From positions 1,684 to 65,683 of the forward strand of contig JAZRVS010000129.1 of assembly GCA_045599365.1 (NCBI GenBank): a stretch of 64,000 bases of DNA, read 5' to 3'. The notes beneath the pieces are model-generated. The model did not search any database, had not been told where the DNA came from, and worked only from the letters and a program-made list of their open reading frames with translations. A program made the position numbers and the translations under genes. This DNA comes from Bacteroidales bacterium. Its GTDB lineage: Bacteria > Bacteroidota > Bacteroidia > Bacteroidales > UBA1715. Positions 1-7,643 of this stretch are shown in pieces (within the stretch, counting starts at the first letter, position 1; every line of letters begins with the position of its first letter).

Positions 1-209
1 TTTTCAATAAAATCAATGACTTAACTTGATGGGGGGTCTGACATTTTACTCGGCTTTATGGAAATTTCAAAGAATATGTTATATGAAAAAAATAGAAAGA
101 ATAAGAGGCATATTGGTTATTTGGAGCAATAACATATTGATATTATTGAAAAACCAGTTACAAGTTTATTATTAACCTATTGATTTTATTGGATTTTATA
201 AATCGCAAC

Positions 210-238
210 TTGACAACCGATACGAAATGTGGTATAAT
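210..238 (+). promoter_or_regulatory. Early sigma70-type promoter P1
   Basis: TTGACA 210-215, 17-nt spacer, extended -10 TGgTATAAT 230-238. It lies upstream of the first ORF. Confidence 0.7.
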
Positions 239-304
239 CGGAGTTGTAAAAAGAAACGAATTTCAAACAAAAAACAATTAACAAAAAGTTAATTTTGCAG
301 TCAA

Positions 305-327
305 AAACTAGGTTCAACACCTAGTTT
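305..327 (+). other. 5' leader hairpin AAACTAGGT-n5-ACCTAGTTT
   Basis: 9-bp inverted repeat read directly, between P1 and the RBS of ORF 348. The same stem core recurs at 63691-63713. Confidence 0.45.
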
Positions 328-347
328 ATAAGAAAGGAGAAAATAAA

Positions 348-743
348 ATGATTAAATATAAAAACTTTATAATCACTGATGTTTTAAAAGGTGTTTCAAA
401 GAACCAGTGTGATTTATTCACACGAGAACACGTCAAACACGACTTGGAAATAGAAATAATTGATAATTTAGGAAACAGTTTTATTTTTGAAACAACCTTT
501 CAATTCAACCCTAAATATTATAAATTCAAGAAAAACGACGGCTTGCAAGCTGTTATTTTGGACGCATTAGCTTTTGGCAATACGAGAAACTATGAGGATT
601 TTTGCACTTGTTTCGGATATGAAAGAGAAGAGGAAAAGAGTTATTCAATTTATAGAGCTTGCGAAAAGGCTTATAATTTTTTCAGAATAGCAGATTTAAG
701 TTTAGAAGATTTAAATAAATTAGCAGATTTATTAGATAGATAA
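348..743 (+). CDS. hypothetical early protein
   Basis: ORF with AAGGAG RBS 8 nt upstream. First gene after P1. No motif recognised. Confidence 0.6.
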   Translation: MIKYKNFIITDVLKGVSKNQCDLFTREHVKHDLEIEIIDNLGNSFIFETTFQFNPKYYKFKKNDGLQAVILDALAFGNTRNYEDFCTCFGYEREEEKSYSIYRACEKAYNFFRIADLSLEDLNKLADLLDR

Positions 744-754
744 GGAGGGAAACA

Positions 755-1297
755 ATGTTAAAAGCAATTAAAAAAGATTTAATGACTTGTGGTTATCGTC
801 CATTTAAGAAAGACGATTTAGAAATCAAATTTATTGACTGGCTGGATAGACATTTTTACGAAGCTTATCCATTTGGAAAAAGACGTAATTTGAAAGATGT
901 AATTTGGGACGATTACGAACCGAGTGGCGACTATGAAGAATTGAGAAGTGATAATTCTTGTAATTGGAGTGGTTTAGTTACATTTCACATTATGGTGTTC
1001 AGATATAAAGATACAACTTATACTGGAATTGCATTTCACAGAGGAGGCGATGTTCGTTGTAATTATACAAAATATGCCTGTTTTGAGATGAGTTTTGATG
1101 AGTTTTTTGAAGAGATATTACAATTTCAAATTGAAATTCCTTGTGAAAACGAAAATTGGCGTATTTTAACTGATTTAATAAGTGAAAGTGGTTGGGTGCG
1201 AGCTTGGAATCAAGAAACAGAAGAAGAGTTTGACGGCTATTATGGAAACAAAAATTGCCCGAAAGAAGTTCAGGAAGCGTGTGAAAAATTTTTTTAA
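755..1297 (+). CDS. hypothetical early protein
   Basis: ORF with AGGAGG RBS, tightly packed. The HRGGDVRCNY string looks familiar, but I cannot place the family. Confidence 0.6.
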   Translation: MLKAIKKDLMTCGYRPFKKDDLEIKFIDWLDRHFYEAYPFGKRRNLKDVIWDDYEPSGDYEELRSDNSCNWSGLVTFHIMVFRYKDTTYTGIAFHRGGDVRCNYTKYACFEMSFDEFFEEILQFQIEIPCENENWRILTDLISESGWVRAWNQETEEEFDGYYGNKNCPKEVQEACEKFF

Positions 1298-1361
1298 TGT
1301 AGGAGGTTAGCGAAGATGTTATTGAAATGAAAAAAGAATTAAAACGAAGAGGAGAATTAAA

Positions 1362-1901
1362 ATGACAAAATTAGAAAGAAGAAGTTATCTCAACCATTTT
1401 TTTGTTGAAGGGAATCTAATTAAAAGCATTCATTTATACGATGAGAACGGTGTTATTTTTTCAACAGGTCAAGGGTGGTTTGACAGTGCTTTTTCATACC
1501 CATTTAAAGATGGTTTAGAAGTACCTGATGTTAAGCGTCGACTCAAAGTCAATTTAAAAAAGAAAGAGTGCTTTTTTGTACAACTTAAAGGCAAACGTTG
1601 TGAATTGTATTTATACGTTGACGGAGTTGACATTAAAATTTTGAAAAAAGATTTAAAAAGCAAAAAAATGAACTCTTGTGAAATATGGGATTATGAAATC
1701 TACAGCATTGAAATTAAAGGAGTTACCTTCAGACAAGAAAATTTAAAAGAAATTAAAACAACCGCTTTTGGAGTTGAAGTTGAAAAGTTAAAAAATGAGC
1801 TTAACGATTTAAATATACACTTAATGAGATACGAGATTGAAACAATTTTACAAAATTATGACATTACAAAAAAAAGAAATAAAACGAAGAGGATGAAATA
1901 A
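1362..1901 (+). CDS. hypothetical early protein
   Basis: ORF with GAGGAG RBS. Its stop is coupled to the next start (ATAATG). Confidence 0.6.
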   Translation: MTKLERRSYLNHFFVEGNLIKSIHLYDENGVIFSTGQGWFDSAFSYPFKDGLEVPDVKRRLKVNLKKKECFFVQLKGKRCELYLYVDGVDIKILKKDLKSKKMNSCEIWDYEIYSIEIKGVTFRQENLKEIKTTAFGVEVEKLKNELNDLNIHLMRYEIETILQNYDITKKRNKTKRMK

Positions 1902-2146
1902 TGACTGAAAAATATATTGCATTTAAAATCATTGAAAAAGAAAAATTAAAAGACGGAGTTAAATATAGAACAATTAAAACTTCGCCTTATAAAATGATTT
2001 TATTAACTTCTATATCTTATAAATGGAGTGAACGAGGTCAATTTTTTGTTTGTGAAGACGGAAATTTTTATGAATATGAAGAGGTGAATCCAGTTAAAGA
2101 AGAAAGTGAAGATGAAATTTGGCACTTGGAGTTAATTGACAAGTGA
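1901..2146 (+). CDS. hypothetical early protein
   Basis: Co-directional ORF. Its 3' end overlaps the -35 of promoter P2. Confidence 0.55.
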   Translation: MTEKYIAFKIIEKEKLKDGVKYRTIKTSPYKMILLTSISYKWSERGQFFVCEDGNFYEYEEVNPVKEESEDEIWHLELIDK

Positions 2147-2164
2147 TACGAATTGTGCTACAAT
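2136..2164 (+). promoter_or_regulatory. Early sigma70-type promoter P2 (paralogous to P1)
   Basis: TTGACA 2136-2141, 17-nt spacer, TGcTACAAT 2156-2164. About 39 of 47 positions match the P1 block by hand alignment. Confidence 0.7.
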
Positions 2165-2194
2165 ACGAATTGTAAAAAGAAAAGGAGATTTAAA

Positions 2195-2530
2195 ATGATT
2201 GAAGTTTTAATTGATGAAGAAACGTTACTTGATATGCTGGATAGCAGATTAAATCATTATTGGAATCCAGATGAAGAAGTTGCTGATTTGTTTCACAAAA
2301 TGTGGAAATTAAACATTGATCGTGGAGCATTTACAGGAATAGAATTTGATGTAAAGACGATTGTTGATAATGATTATATCAATTGGTGTTCTGTTGTTCG
2401 TGAAGACGACGAGAGATTTGAGGAATTACTTAAATCGTATAAAGATAACGAATACGATGTAGCTGAAATCGGTCACATTGAGGCAGTTGATGATGAAGAT
2501 GAACCTACTATGTTTTTGATTAGGTGTTAA
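2195..2530 (+). CDS. hypothetical acidic protein
   Basis: Start moved from 2153 to ATG 2195, which has an AAGGAG RBS at 2182-2187. The longer ORF would cover the P2 -10 element. Confidence 0.6.
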   Translation: MIEVLIDEETLLDMLDSRLNHYWNPDEEVADLFHKMWKLNIDRGAFTGIEFDVKTIVDNDYINWCSVVREDDERFEELLKSYKDNEYDVAEIGHIEAVDDEDEPTMFLIRC

Positions 2531-2532
2531 AA

Positions 2533-2865
2533 ATGATTACAAGAAAAGAAATTGAATTATATTTGAGATTAGACCGAGTTCTCGTAAAACGAGAAGGTCT
2601 TTTCTCAAAGAAAATGGAAAATAAGTATTGGGAACTTGGTCGTAAAATTGACGAGCAAAATTGGAAATTGATTTATAAAGAGGCTTGCCGAGTTATTGAC
2701 AATGACGGAATGAATCAGTTTGATATGGCTAGAAGATATGCTGATGTTGTTTTAAATGACAGCAATTATTTCACGAATGATTCGCATTGGGAAATAAGTC
2801 AATTTCATACGAAAAAAGGTTTAGGTGCAGTTGTAGTTGATTTGTGTTGTGGGAGGTTAAAATGA
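2533..2865 (+). CDS. hypothetical protein
   Basis: ORF. ATG 2533 preferred over GTG 2524 (TAGGTG just upstream). Confidence 0.55.
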   Translation: MITRKEIELYLRLDRVLVKREGLFSKKMENKYWELGRKIDEQNWKLIYKEACRVIDNDGMNQFDMARRYADVVLNDSNYFTNDSHWEISQFHTKKGLGAVVVDLCCGRLK

Positions 2866-3089
2866 CTTGGGAAGAGTTATGCGAAAAGGCAAGAGAACTT
2901 GGGTATTGTCTTCATGAAGATGATTTGTTTGACGCACTAGATGGATATGGAAAAGTTTGTTATTTGGAAAAGAGAAACGGAGGCGTTTCGTTTTATGAAA
3001 AAGGAGGTATAGAAACAAATTTTGAAGTATTTGCCGAAAACAGAACTTATGAACAGATGTATGCAATAATGAAAGCATTGGAGGGATAA
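2862..3089 (+). CDS. hypothetical protein, TWEEL...RTYEQMY family (paralog 1)
   Basis: GGGAGG RBS before ATG 2862. MTWEELCEKARELGY...RTYEQMYAIMKALEG is paralogous to the C-terminal half of ORF 3090. Confidence 0.6.
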   Translation: MTWEELCEKARELGYCLHEDDLFDALDGYGKVCYLEKRNGGVSFYEKGGIETNFEVFAENRTYEQMYAIMKALEG

Positions 3090-3524
3090 ATGACAATTAA
3101 AGAAATTGAAATGTTAAGAGAAGAAAATATAAAACTTGCAGAAAAAATTGAAATTTCAAGAGATGCTGTTAGAACACTTAAAGAACAGTGTGATTATTGG
3201 TATTATATAGCAACAAAAGAAAACAATAAGTTAAAATACGAACACTCTCCGTTTTCGTGTTTTAAATGGTTTGGGAAAAAACTTAAAATTAAAACTCCAA
3301 TGACTTGGGAACGACTTGTTGAAAAAGCAGAAAAGATTGGTTACAGGCTCGTTTGTACAATGAACGAAGAACTTTTAGCCAAAGAATATGAAATAGGAAA
3401 ACACCTTGTGTTTAGAAAAAACGGAAAGTTTGAAATTATTTTTCCAGCTCGTTTTCAAGAAACGATATTAAAAGAAAGAACATACGAACAGATGTACGAA
3501 ATTATAAAAGAATTGGAGGATTAA
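3090..3524 (+). CDS. hypothetical protein, coiled-coil N-terminus plus TWERL...RTYEQMY domain (paralog 2)
   Basis: The C-terminal half MTWERLVEKAEKIGY...RTYEQMYEIIKELED matches the whole of ORF 2862. Confidence 0.6.
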   Translation: MTIKEIEMLREENIKLAEKIEISRDAVRTLKEQCDYWYYIATKENNKLKYEHSPFSCFKWFGKKLKIKTPMTWERLVEKAEKIGYRLVCTMNEELLAKEYEIGKHLVFRKNGKFEIIFPARFQETILKERTYEQMYEIIKELED

Positions 3525-3827
3525 ATGAAATTATTAAATTATACGAACGTTAAAGGAAGCAGAACGGCAACAAGTTTAGAAAAAGATTTTCTTGATGCGT
3601 TTAATGAAATTTGCAAAATGGAGAATTTGAAGAAGAGTCATTTTCTACCAGTTTTTGAATTATGTTTTGAAGAAAATATGGCGTCAAGCATACGAACGTT
3701 TGTATTGGCGTATTATAGAAGATTAGCGAATTTGAAAACTGAATTAGATGTCAAATTGATTTTAAAATTAGCAACAGTTGAAAAATTAAAAAGAAGAGAA
3801 AAGAGATTAAATGAAAATTACTTATGA
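3525..3827 (+). CDS. hypothetical protein
   Basis: GGAGGA RBS. Co-directional packed ORF. Confidence 0.55.
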   Translation: MKLLNYTNVKGSRTATSLEKDFLDAFNEICKMENLKKSHFLPVFELCFEENMASSIRTFVLAYYRRLANLKTELDVKLILKLATVEKLKRREKRLNENYL

Positions 3828-4068
3828 TAAAGGAACATTGTATTGTTTAGGAAATGAGAAAGTCTTGAAAAAAGACCCGAGAAGTGATAAGAAATATATG
3901 TTTCGTAAAAAACAAAGCTATGCTAGATTTGTTTTAGAAAATCACTTGGGAAGAAAATTAGAACGAAATGAAGTTGTTTATCATCTGGACGGAGATGTTT
4001 ATAACAATGAGATTTCAAATTTAGAAGTTATAACAAGAGCAGAATTGATTAGGAGGAATTCAAAATGA
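3811..4068 (+). CDS. small HNH-family endonuclease
   Basis: VVYHLDGDVYNNEISNLEVI fits the H-x-DG-x3-NN-x3-NL HNH core. Confidence 0.7.
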   Translation: MKITYDKGTLYCLGNEKVLKKDPRSDKKYMFRKKQSYARFVLENHLGRKLERNEVVYHLDGDVYNNEISNLEVITRAELIRRNSK

Positions 4069-4634
4069 GAAAAATATTTAATATTGAAAATGAAAACGAA
4101 AGAGAAGAGTTATTTGGTATTTTACCAGAAGATGTTGTTAAAATTGAAAGAGATTCTTTTAATAATACAATCTTTACTTACACAGACGGTTGTAAAGCAA
4201 CAAGTAACTTGTTTCAAATAAATTTTGGCAACTTGGCATTCATAACAAGACCTGTTGACCCGAAGGACTTGATTGGAAGTTTAGTTTGGTACAAAATTCA
4301 CGAGTCACAAGAGGCAAGAATTGGTTTCTTGTTAAAAGTAGTTGATGACGAAGAAAAACCTTATGTTTGTACGTCGTCTATTTCAGCACAAATTTTTCAC
4401 GATTGTTGCTGGATTAGAGCCGTAGCGAAAGACGAAATTTCAATTTATGAGCCGAAGGTTGAGGTTGCGTTACCTGAGAAAAAAGTTAATCGTAAAATAC
4501 CAGGTCGCAAAGGTAAATTCACATTGGAACAAAAAATTGAAATTGCTCGTTCAAAAAAGAGCATAAGAGAATTGATGGTTCAATATGATTGTACTGGAAA
4601 AACGATTTCAACTTATAGAAAGAAATACAGATGA
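4065..4634 (+). CDS. hypothetical protein with C-terminal HTH-like segment
   Basis: AGGAGG RBS. The C-terminus LTLEQKIEIARSKKSIRELMVQYDCTGKTISTYRKKY resembles resolvase/transposase-type HTH tails. Confidence 0.5.
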   Translation: MRKIFNIENENEREELFGILPEDVVKIERDSFNNTIFTYTDGCKATSNLFQINFGNLAFITRPVDPKDLIGSLVWYKIHESQEARIGFLLKVVDDEEKPYVCTSSISAQIFHDCCWIRAVAKDEISIYEPKVEVALPEKKVNRKIPGRKGKFTLEQKIEIARSKKSIRELMVQYDCTGKTISTYRKKYR

Positions 4635-4831
4635 GCGTTATATCTATTGCTAAGTTAAGAGAAATTGAAAATAACAAAGAAGATGGAATGTGTAAAACGA
4701 TTGATTTTTATTATGAACTTGTAAAGCAAGGTTTTAGTGAAAATCACGCTGAAAAGTTTTCTCTGGAAAGAATGGGAAAACGATTCAAAGAAGATTTTAG
4801 TTATATTGATTTTAGATTGGAGAATTGGTAA
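4631..4831 (+). CDS. hypothetical protein
   Basis: ATGA-coupled to the upstream ORF. Confidence 0.5.
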   Translation: MSVISIAKLREIENNKEDGMCKTIDFYYELVKQGFSENHAEKFSLERMGKRFKEDFSYIDFRLENW

Positions 4832-5235
4832 TGAAAAATAAAATTTATTTAAACAAATTAACATTCGAAGAAATCATTAAAAGATTAAAGGGTGGAGAAG
4901 TTGTAAAGATAAAAGATTCAAATGATTTCTACAAAATGGTAGATGGTATTATTTTTAAATACATCGGTGAGTATCGTATAGTTACTTGTGAAATCCATAT
5001 TGACGAACCATATTACTACTTTGAGGAAGAAAAACCTTTTGAAATAACAGAAACAGGTCTTTATAAAACTCGTGATGGTAGGAAGGCGTTTGTTTATCGT
5101 GTAGATAGAACTACAATATTTTCTGTTGAGTATGTCATTGAAAACGATATATGTCGTTCTGCTACTAAATATGGATTTAATCTTTTAGGCAACACTGAAA
5201 GTAATCTTGACATTGTTTCAAAATGGGAGGAATAA
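4831..5235 (+). CDS. hypothetical protein, ETGLYKTRDGRKAFVYR...VSKWEE family (copy 1)
   Basis: ATG 4831 after GGAG. Tandem paralog of ORF 5239, with DNA-level similarity visible around 5047-5110 versus 5461-5520. Confidence 0.6.
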   Translation: MKNKIYLNKLTFEEIIKRLKGGEVVKIKDSNDFYKMVDGIIFKYIGEYRIVTCEIHIDEPYYYFEEEKPFEITETGLYKTRDGRKAFVYRVDRTTIFSVEYVIENDICRSATKYGFNLLGNTESNLDIVSKWEE

Positions 5236-5238
5236 AAA

Positions 5239-5646
5239 ATGAAAAAGAAAATTTATTTAAATACGTTGAAAGACGAAGAAGTGATTGAACGGTTGAAAAA
5301 CGGAGGAGTAATCCATTCCGAAGGAAACAATTGTAAAATCAAAATGATGGAAGGTGTGATTGTTACAAAATTTAAAGATGTCACACAATTCGGTATGGGT
5401 TTTACGGTTTATTCACACAACGATTACTACTTTGAGGAAGATGAAAAGTTTGAAATAAAAGAAACAGGTTTGTATAAAACTCGTGACGGAAGAAAAGCGT
5501 TTGTTTATCGTATAGATAAAAATTTATCATTTTCGGTTGATTATTGCATTGAAAACGGTCTATGTGAATCGGCTACTGAATATGGATTTAGTCGTACAAA
5601 ATACTGTGAATGTGATAATGATTTAGTTTCAAAATGGGAGGAATAA
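5239..5646 (+). CDS. hypothetical protein, ETGLYKTRDGRKAFVYR...VSKWEE family (copy 2)
   Basis: Same architecture and C-terminal VSKWEE as ORF 4831. GGGAGG RBS. Confidence 0.6.
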   Translation: MKKKIYLNTLKDEEVIERLKNGGVIHSEGNNCKIKMMEGVIVTKFKDVTQFGMGFTVYSHNDYYFEEDEKFEIKETGLYKTRDGRKAFVYRIDKNLSFSVDYCIENGLCESATEYGFSRTKYCECDNDLVSKWEE

Positions 5647-5651
5647 AATAA

Positions 5652-6089
5652 ATGTGGGGATTTAACATAATAAATGGAGTTGAATTTTTTATTGAAGAAG
5701 GAAGAGAGTTACCTAACTTTTATCCCGAAAGCAAAGTTCCGAGTTGTTTTTGTCCCCACAAAACCATTGGTGAGGCAAAAAAGTGGAATAACGGAGAGAT
5801 TGGAATTTTTTGGAAAAACGGAGGTAAAAACGAAAACATTTTGCAAGACAATGTAACGGCACAACGAAGTGAGATTATTTACACAGGAATGGGTTGTCTG
5901 AAACATGTTGTTCCGTTGTTAAAGTTGACAAATTACATTCCGTTGGTTATATCTGATTTCAAAGTTGACGGAGTTCAAGATAGATTTCTTTTGAAATTAC
6001 AAAATGAAGTTGCTTTGTATGGTAGACCAGTTGTTTTAGTTGGCGATGATTTCACACCGTTGCCACATTTTGTAAAGGTTTTAAAATGA
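5652..6089 (+). CDS. hypothetical protein
   Basis: GGGAGG RBS. Packed ORF with no motif recognised. Confidence 0.55.
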   Translation: MWGFNIINGVEFFIEEGRELPNFYPESKVPSCFCPHKTIGEAKKWNNGEIGIFWKNGGKNENILQDNVTAQRSEIIYTGMGCLKHVVPLLKLTNYIPLVISDFKVDGVQDRFLLKLQNEVALYGRPVVLVGDDFTPLPHFVKVLK

Positions 6090-6235
6090 CACCGATTTTA
6101 TTTATTTGGTTAGTAGTTTGGTTTTTTAGTAAGTTTGAGAGAGAAGAGCCAAGACAAAAATTATTTGTTTATAACGACATCAGTGATGATTTGTTTTTGA
6201 ATGGCGTTTATAGAGTAGGAGATGAATTTAAATGA
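6086..6235 (+). CDS. small membrane protein (49 aa, below ORF-track cutoff)
   Basis: Hand translation MTPILFIWLVVWFFSKFEREEPRQKLFVYNDISDDLFLNGVYRVGDEFK. ATGA overlaps at both ends (6086-6089 and 6232-6235). Confidence 0.5.
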   Translation: MTPILFIWLVVWFFSKFEREEPRQKLFVYNDISDDLFLNGVYRVGDEFK

Positions 6236-6525
6236 CTTGTTTTAGAATGAAAGACGGACGGACAGTTAGGTCGTTTTTAAATAAAGATAGTTCTTATTGT
6301 GCATTTCAAAGACGAATTGAAAAAGGAGATACGATTGAGGAAGCTTTGGAATATGTATCAAAAGAACATAAAAGAGGAAGAGCTTGCTTGGTTTATTTTT
6401 ATCAAGGAAAGCCAATAATTGACATTTGCCGAGAACGTGGTATAAATTATCATACGGTCTATGAGAGAATTCAACGTGGACTTGAAATTAACGAAACTAT
6501 TTTTTATAAGGGGAAATTAAAATGA
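6232..6525 (+). CDS. hypothetical protein, possible HTH
   Basis: RGINYHTVYERIQRGL looks like an HTH recognition helix. Weak call. Confidence 0.45.
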   Translation: MTCFRMKDGRTVRSFLNKDSSYCAFQRRIEKGDTIEEALEYVSKEHKRGRACLVYFYQGKPIIDICRERGINYHTVYERIQRGLEINETIFYKGKLK

Positions 6526-6788
6526 GAAACATTATTATGAAAACACTTGAAAAGATGTATGAAAATTTCAAAGACGATTACGACTTTGAAATGGAAGACG
6601 ATTTTGCTCCGTATGGAGACACATACGTTTCAACAGGAAGTGAACCGACAGAAGAAAGTTTGGAGAAATGTTTAGAAGATTTCAAAGAGAAAATGAAAGA
6701 AAAATTGAACGAAGTTGTTGACGAATTGCTAAATGACGAAAGATTTTATTCTGAATTAGAAAACATAATTGATGAAATGGAGAATTAA
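6522..6788 (+). CDS. hypothetical highly acidic protein
   Basis: D/E-rich ORF, ATGA-coupled to its upstream neighbour. Confidence 0.55.
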   Translation: MRNIIMKTLEKMYENFKDDYDFEMEDDFAPYGDTYVSTGSEPTEESLEKCLEDFKEKMKEKLNEVVDELLNDERFYSELENIIDEMEN

Positions 6789-6789
6789 A

Positions 6790-6957
6790 ATGAGTGAAAC
6801 TTATTTACAAAGAGCAGAAGAAGAATTGAGATTTAAAATAAATATTGCAATTAAAACGTTAAATGATATATACAATATGAAAGAGGGTTCTCTGGAGCAA
6901 GTAAAACAGCTAGTGGAGAAATCACTTATTGAAATGAAATTGAAAGAGGATAATTAA
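6790..6957 (+). CDS. hypothetical small coiled-coil protein
   Basis: GGAG RBS before ATG 6790. It ends ...LKEDN followed by TAAATG, and the identical junction is repeated at 7107-7128. Confidence 0.5.
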   Translation: MSETYLQRAEEELRFKINIAIKTLNDIYNMKEGSLEQVKQLVEKSLIEMKLKEDN

Positions 6958-7125
6958 ATGGAGGAAAAAGAATTTTTGAATGAAATGAAAAAGGAATTTG
7001 AAAATCAGACTAAGGATTCTTATTATCAAGGACACATTGATTGTATTGAAGGTATGCTTATCTATTTGCTGGAATTAAAAAAGAGATTGATTAAAGCTAA
7101 AAACGAATTGAAAGAGGATAATTAA
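6958..7125 (+). CDS. hypothetical small protein (55 aa, below cutoff)
   Basis: Hand translation MEEKEFLNEMKKEFENQTKDSYYQGHIDCIEGMLIYLLELKKRLIKAKNELKEDN. It fills the gap exactly and is paralogous to the N-terminus of ORF 7126. Confidence 0.55.
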   Translation: MEEKEFLNEMKKEFENQTKDSYYQGHIDCIEGMLIYLLELKKRLIKAKNELKEDN

Positions 7126-7389
7126 ATGGACGAAGTTGAAGAAGCTGTTGATAAGATTATGGTTGAATTCAACAAACATAACGCTTATCAATATTATGAA
7201 GGTGGAATTGACACCATTCAAATGTTATCTGGAATAATAGCAAAAGAAGTGAATAAAGGATATGATGCAATTCAGTTAAAAGATTTGACAGAATTTCTAA
7301 ATAATGTTTGTGATGAATTAGTTGAGAAACAAAGTAAAATTGAATTAGAAAGCGAGAAAGGAGTAAAAAATGGATTGTTTTACAAGTAG
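7126..7389 (+). CDS. hypothetical protein
   Basis: AYQYYEGGIDTIQMLSGII parallels SYYQGHIDCIEGMLIYL of ORF 6958. Confidence 0.55.
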   Translation: MDEVEEAVDKIMVEFNKHNAYQYYEGGIDTIQMLSGIIAKEVNKGYDAIQLKDLTEFLNNVCDELVEKQSKIELESEKGVKNGLFYK

Positions 7390-7642
7390 AGATTTTGAGG
7401 AATTTGTGGTATTAAAAAAGCCTTTTAAACGTAGAAAACCAATTGTCAAAAAGGAAGCTATTGGAAAATTATGTAAGGTTAAAAATTCAAACGAATCTCA
7501 TTTTAATAATTATGCTTTGATAAGTAAAATCATTATAGATAACGACGAAGTTTATTATTGTGATTCGCTTGGTTTTTATTGGGACCAAGTTGAAGTTTTA
7601 ACGAGAGAAGAATTTGAAAAATTAAATGGAAAAGGAGAATAA
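7370..7642 (+). CDS. hypothetical protein
   Basis: Packed co-directional ORF. Confidence 0.5.
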   Translation: MDCFTSRDFEEFVVLKKPFKRRKPIVKKEAIGKLCKVKNSNESHFNNYALISKIIIDNDEVYYCDSLGFYWDQVEVLTREEFEKLNGKGE

Positions 7643-7643
7643 A

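Noticed and set aside
1-24. Circular closure of the window: the truncated ORF at 63854-64000 would continue in frame into bases 1-24 (FSIKSMT-stop).
   Set aside because: It is suggestive, but the window length is arbitrary and nothing in the sequence proves that the two ends are adjacent. It was not used for any call.
121-133. Fourth TTGGAGC occurrence (TTGGAGCAATAAC), considered as another member of the stem-loop family.
   Set aside because: No complementary GCTCCAA arm lies nearby. A lone heptamer is compatible with chance.
2153-2194. N-terminal extensions proposed by the ORF track. Examples: 2153 (MCYNTNCKKKRRFK-), 10559 (TTG start inside the hairpin), 43783-44310 (44 extra aa overlapping the tape-measure gene), 33680-33766, 38300-38335, 58867-58896 and 58954-58986.
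   Set aside because: In each case an internal ATG has a much better Shine-Dalgarno sequence. The extension would also overlap a promoter, a hairpin or the upstream gene.
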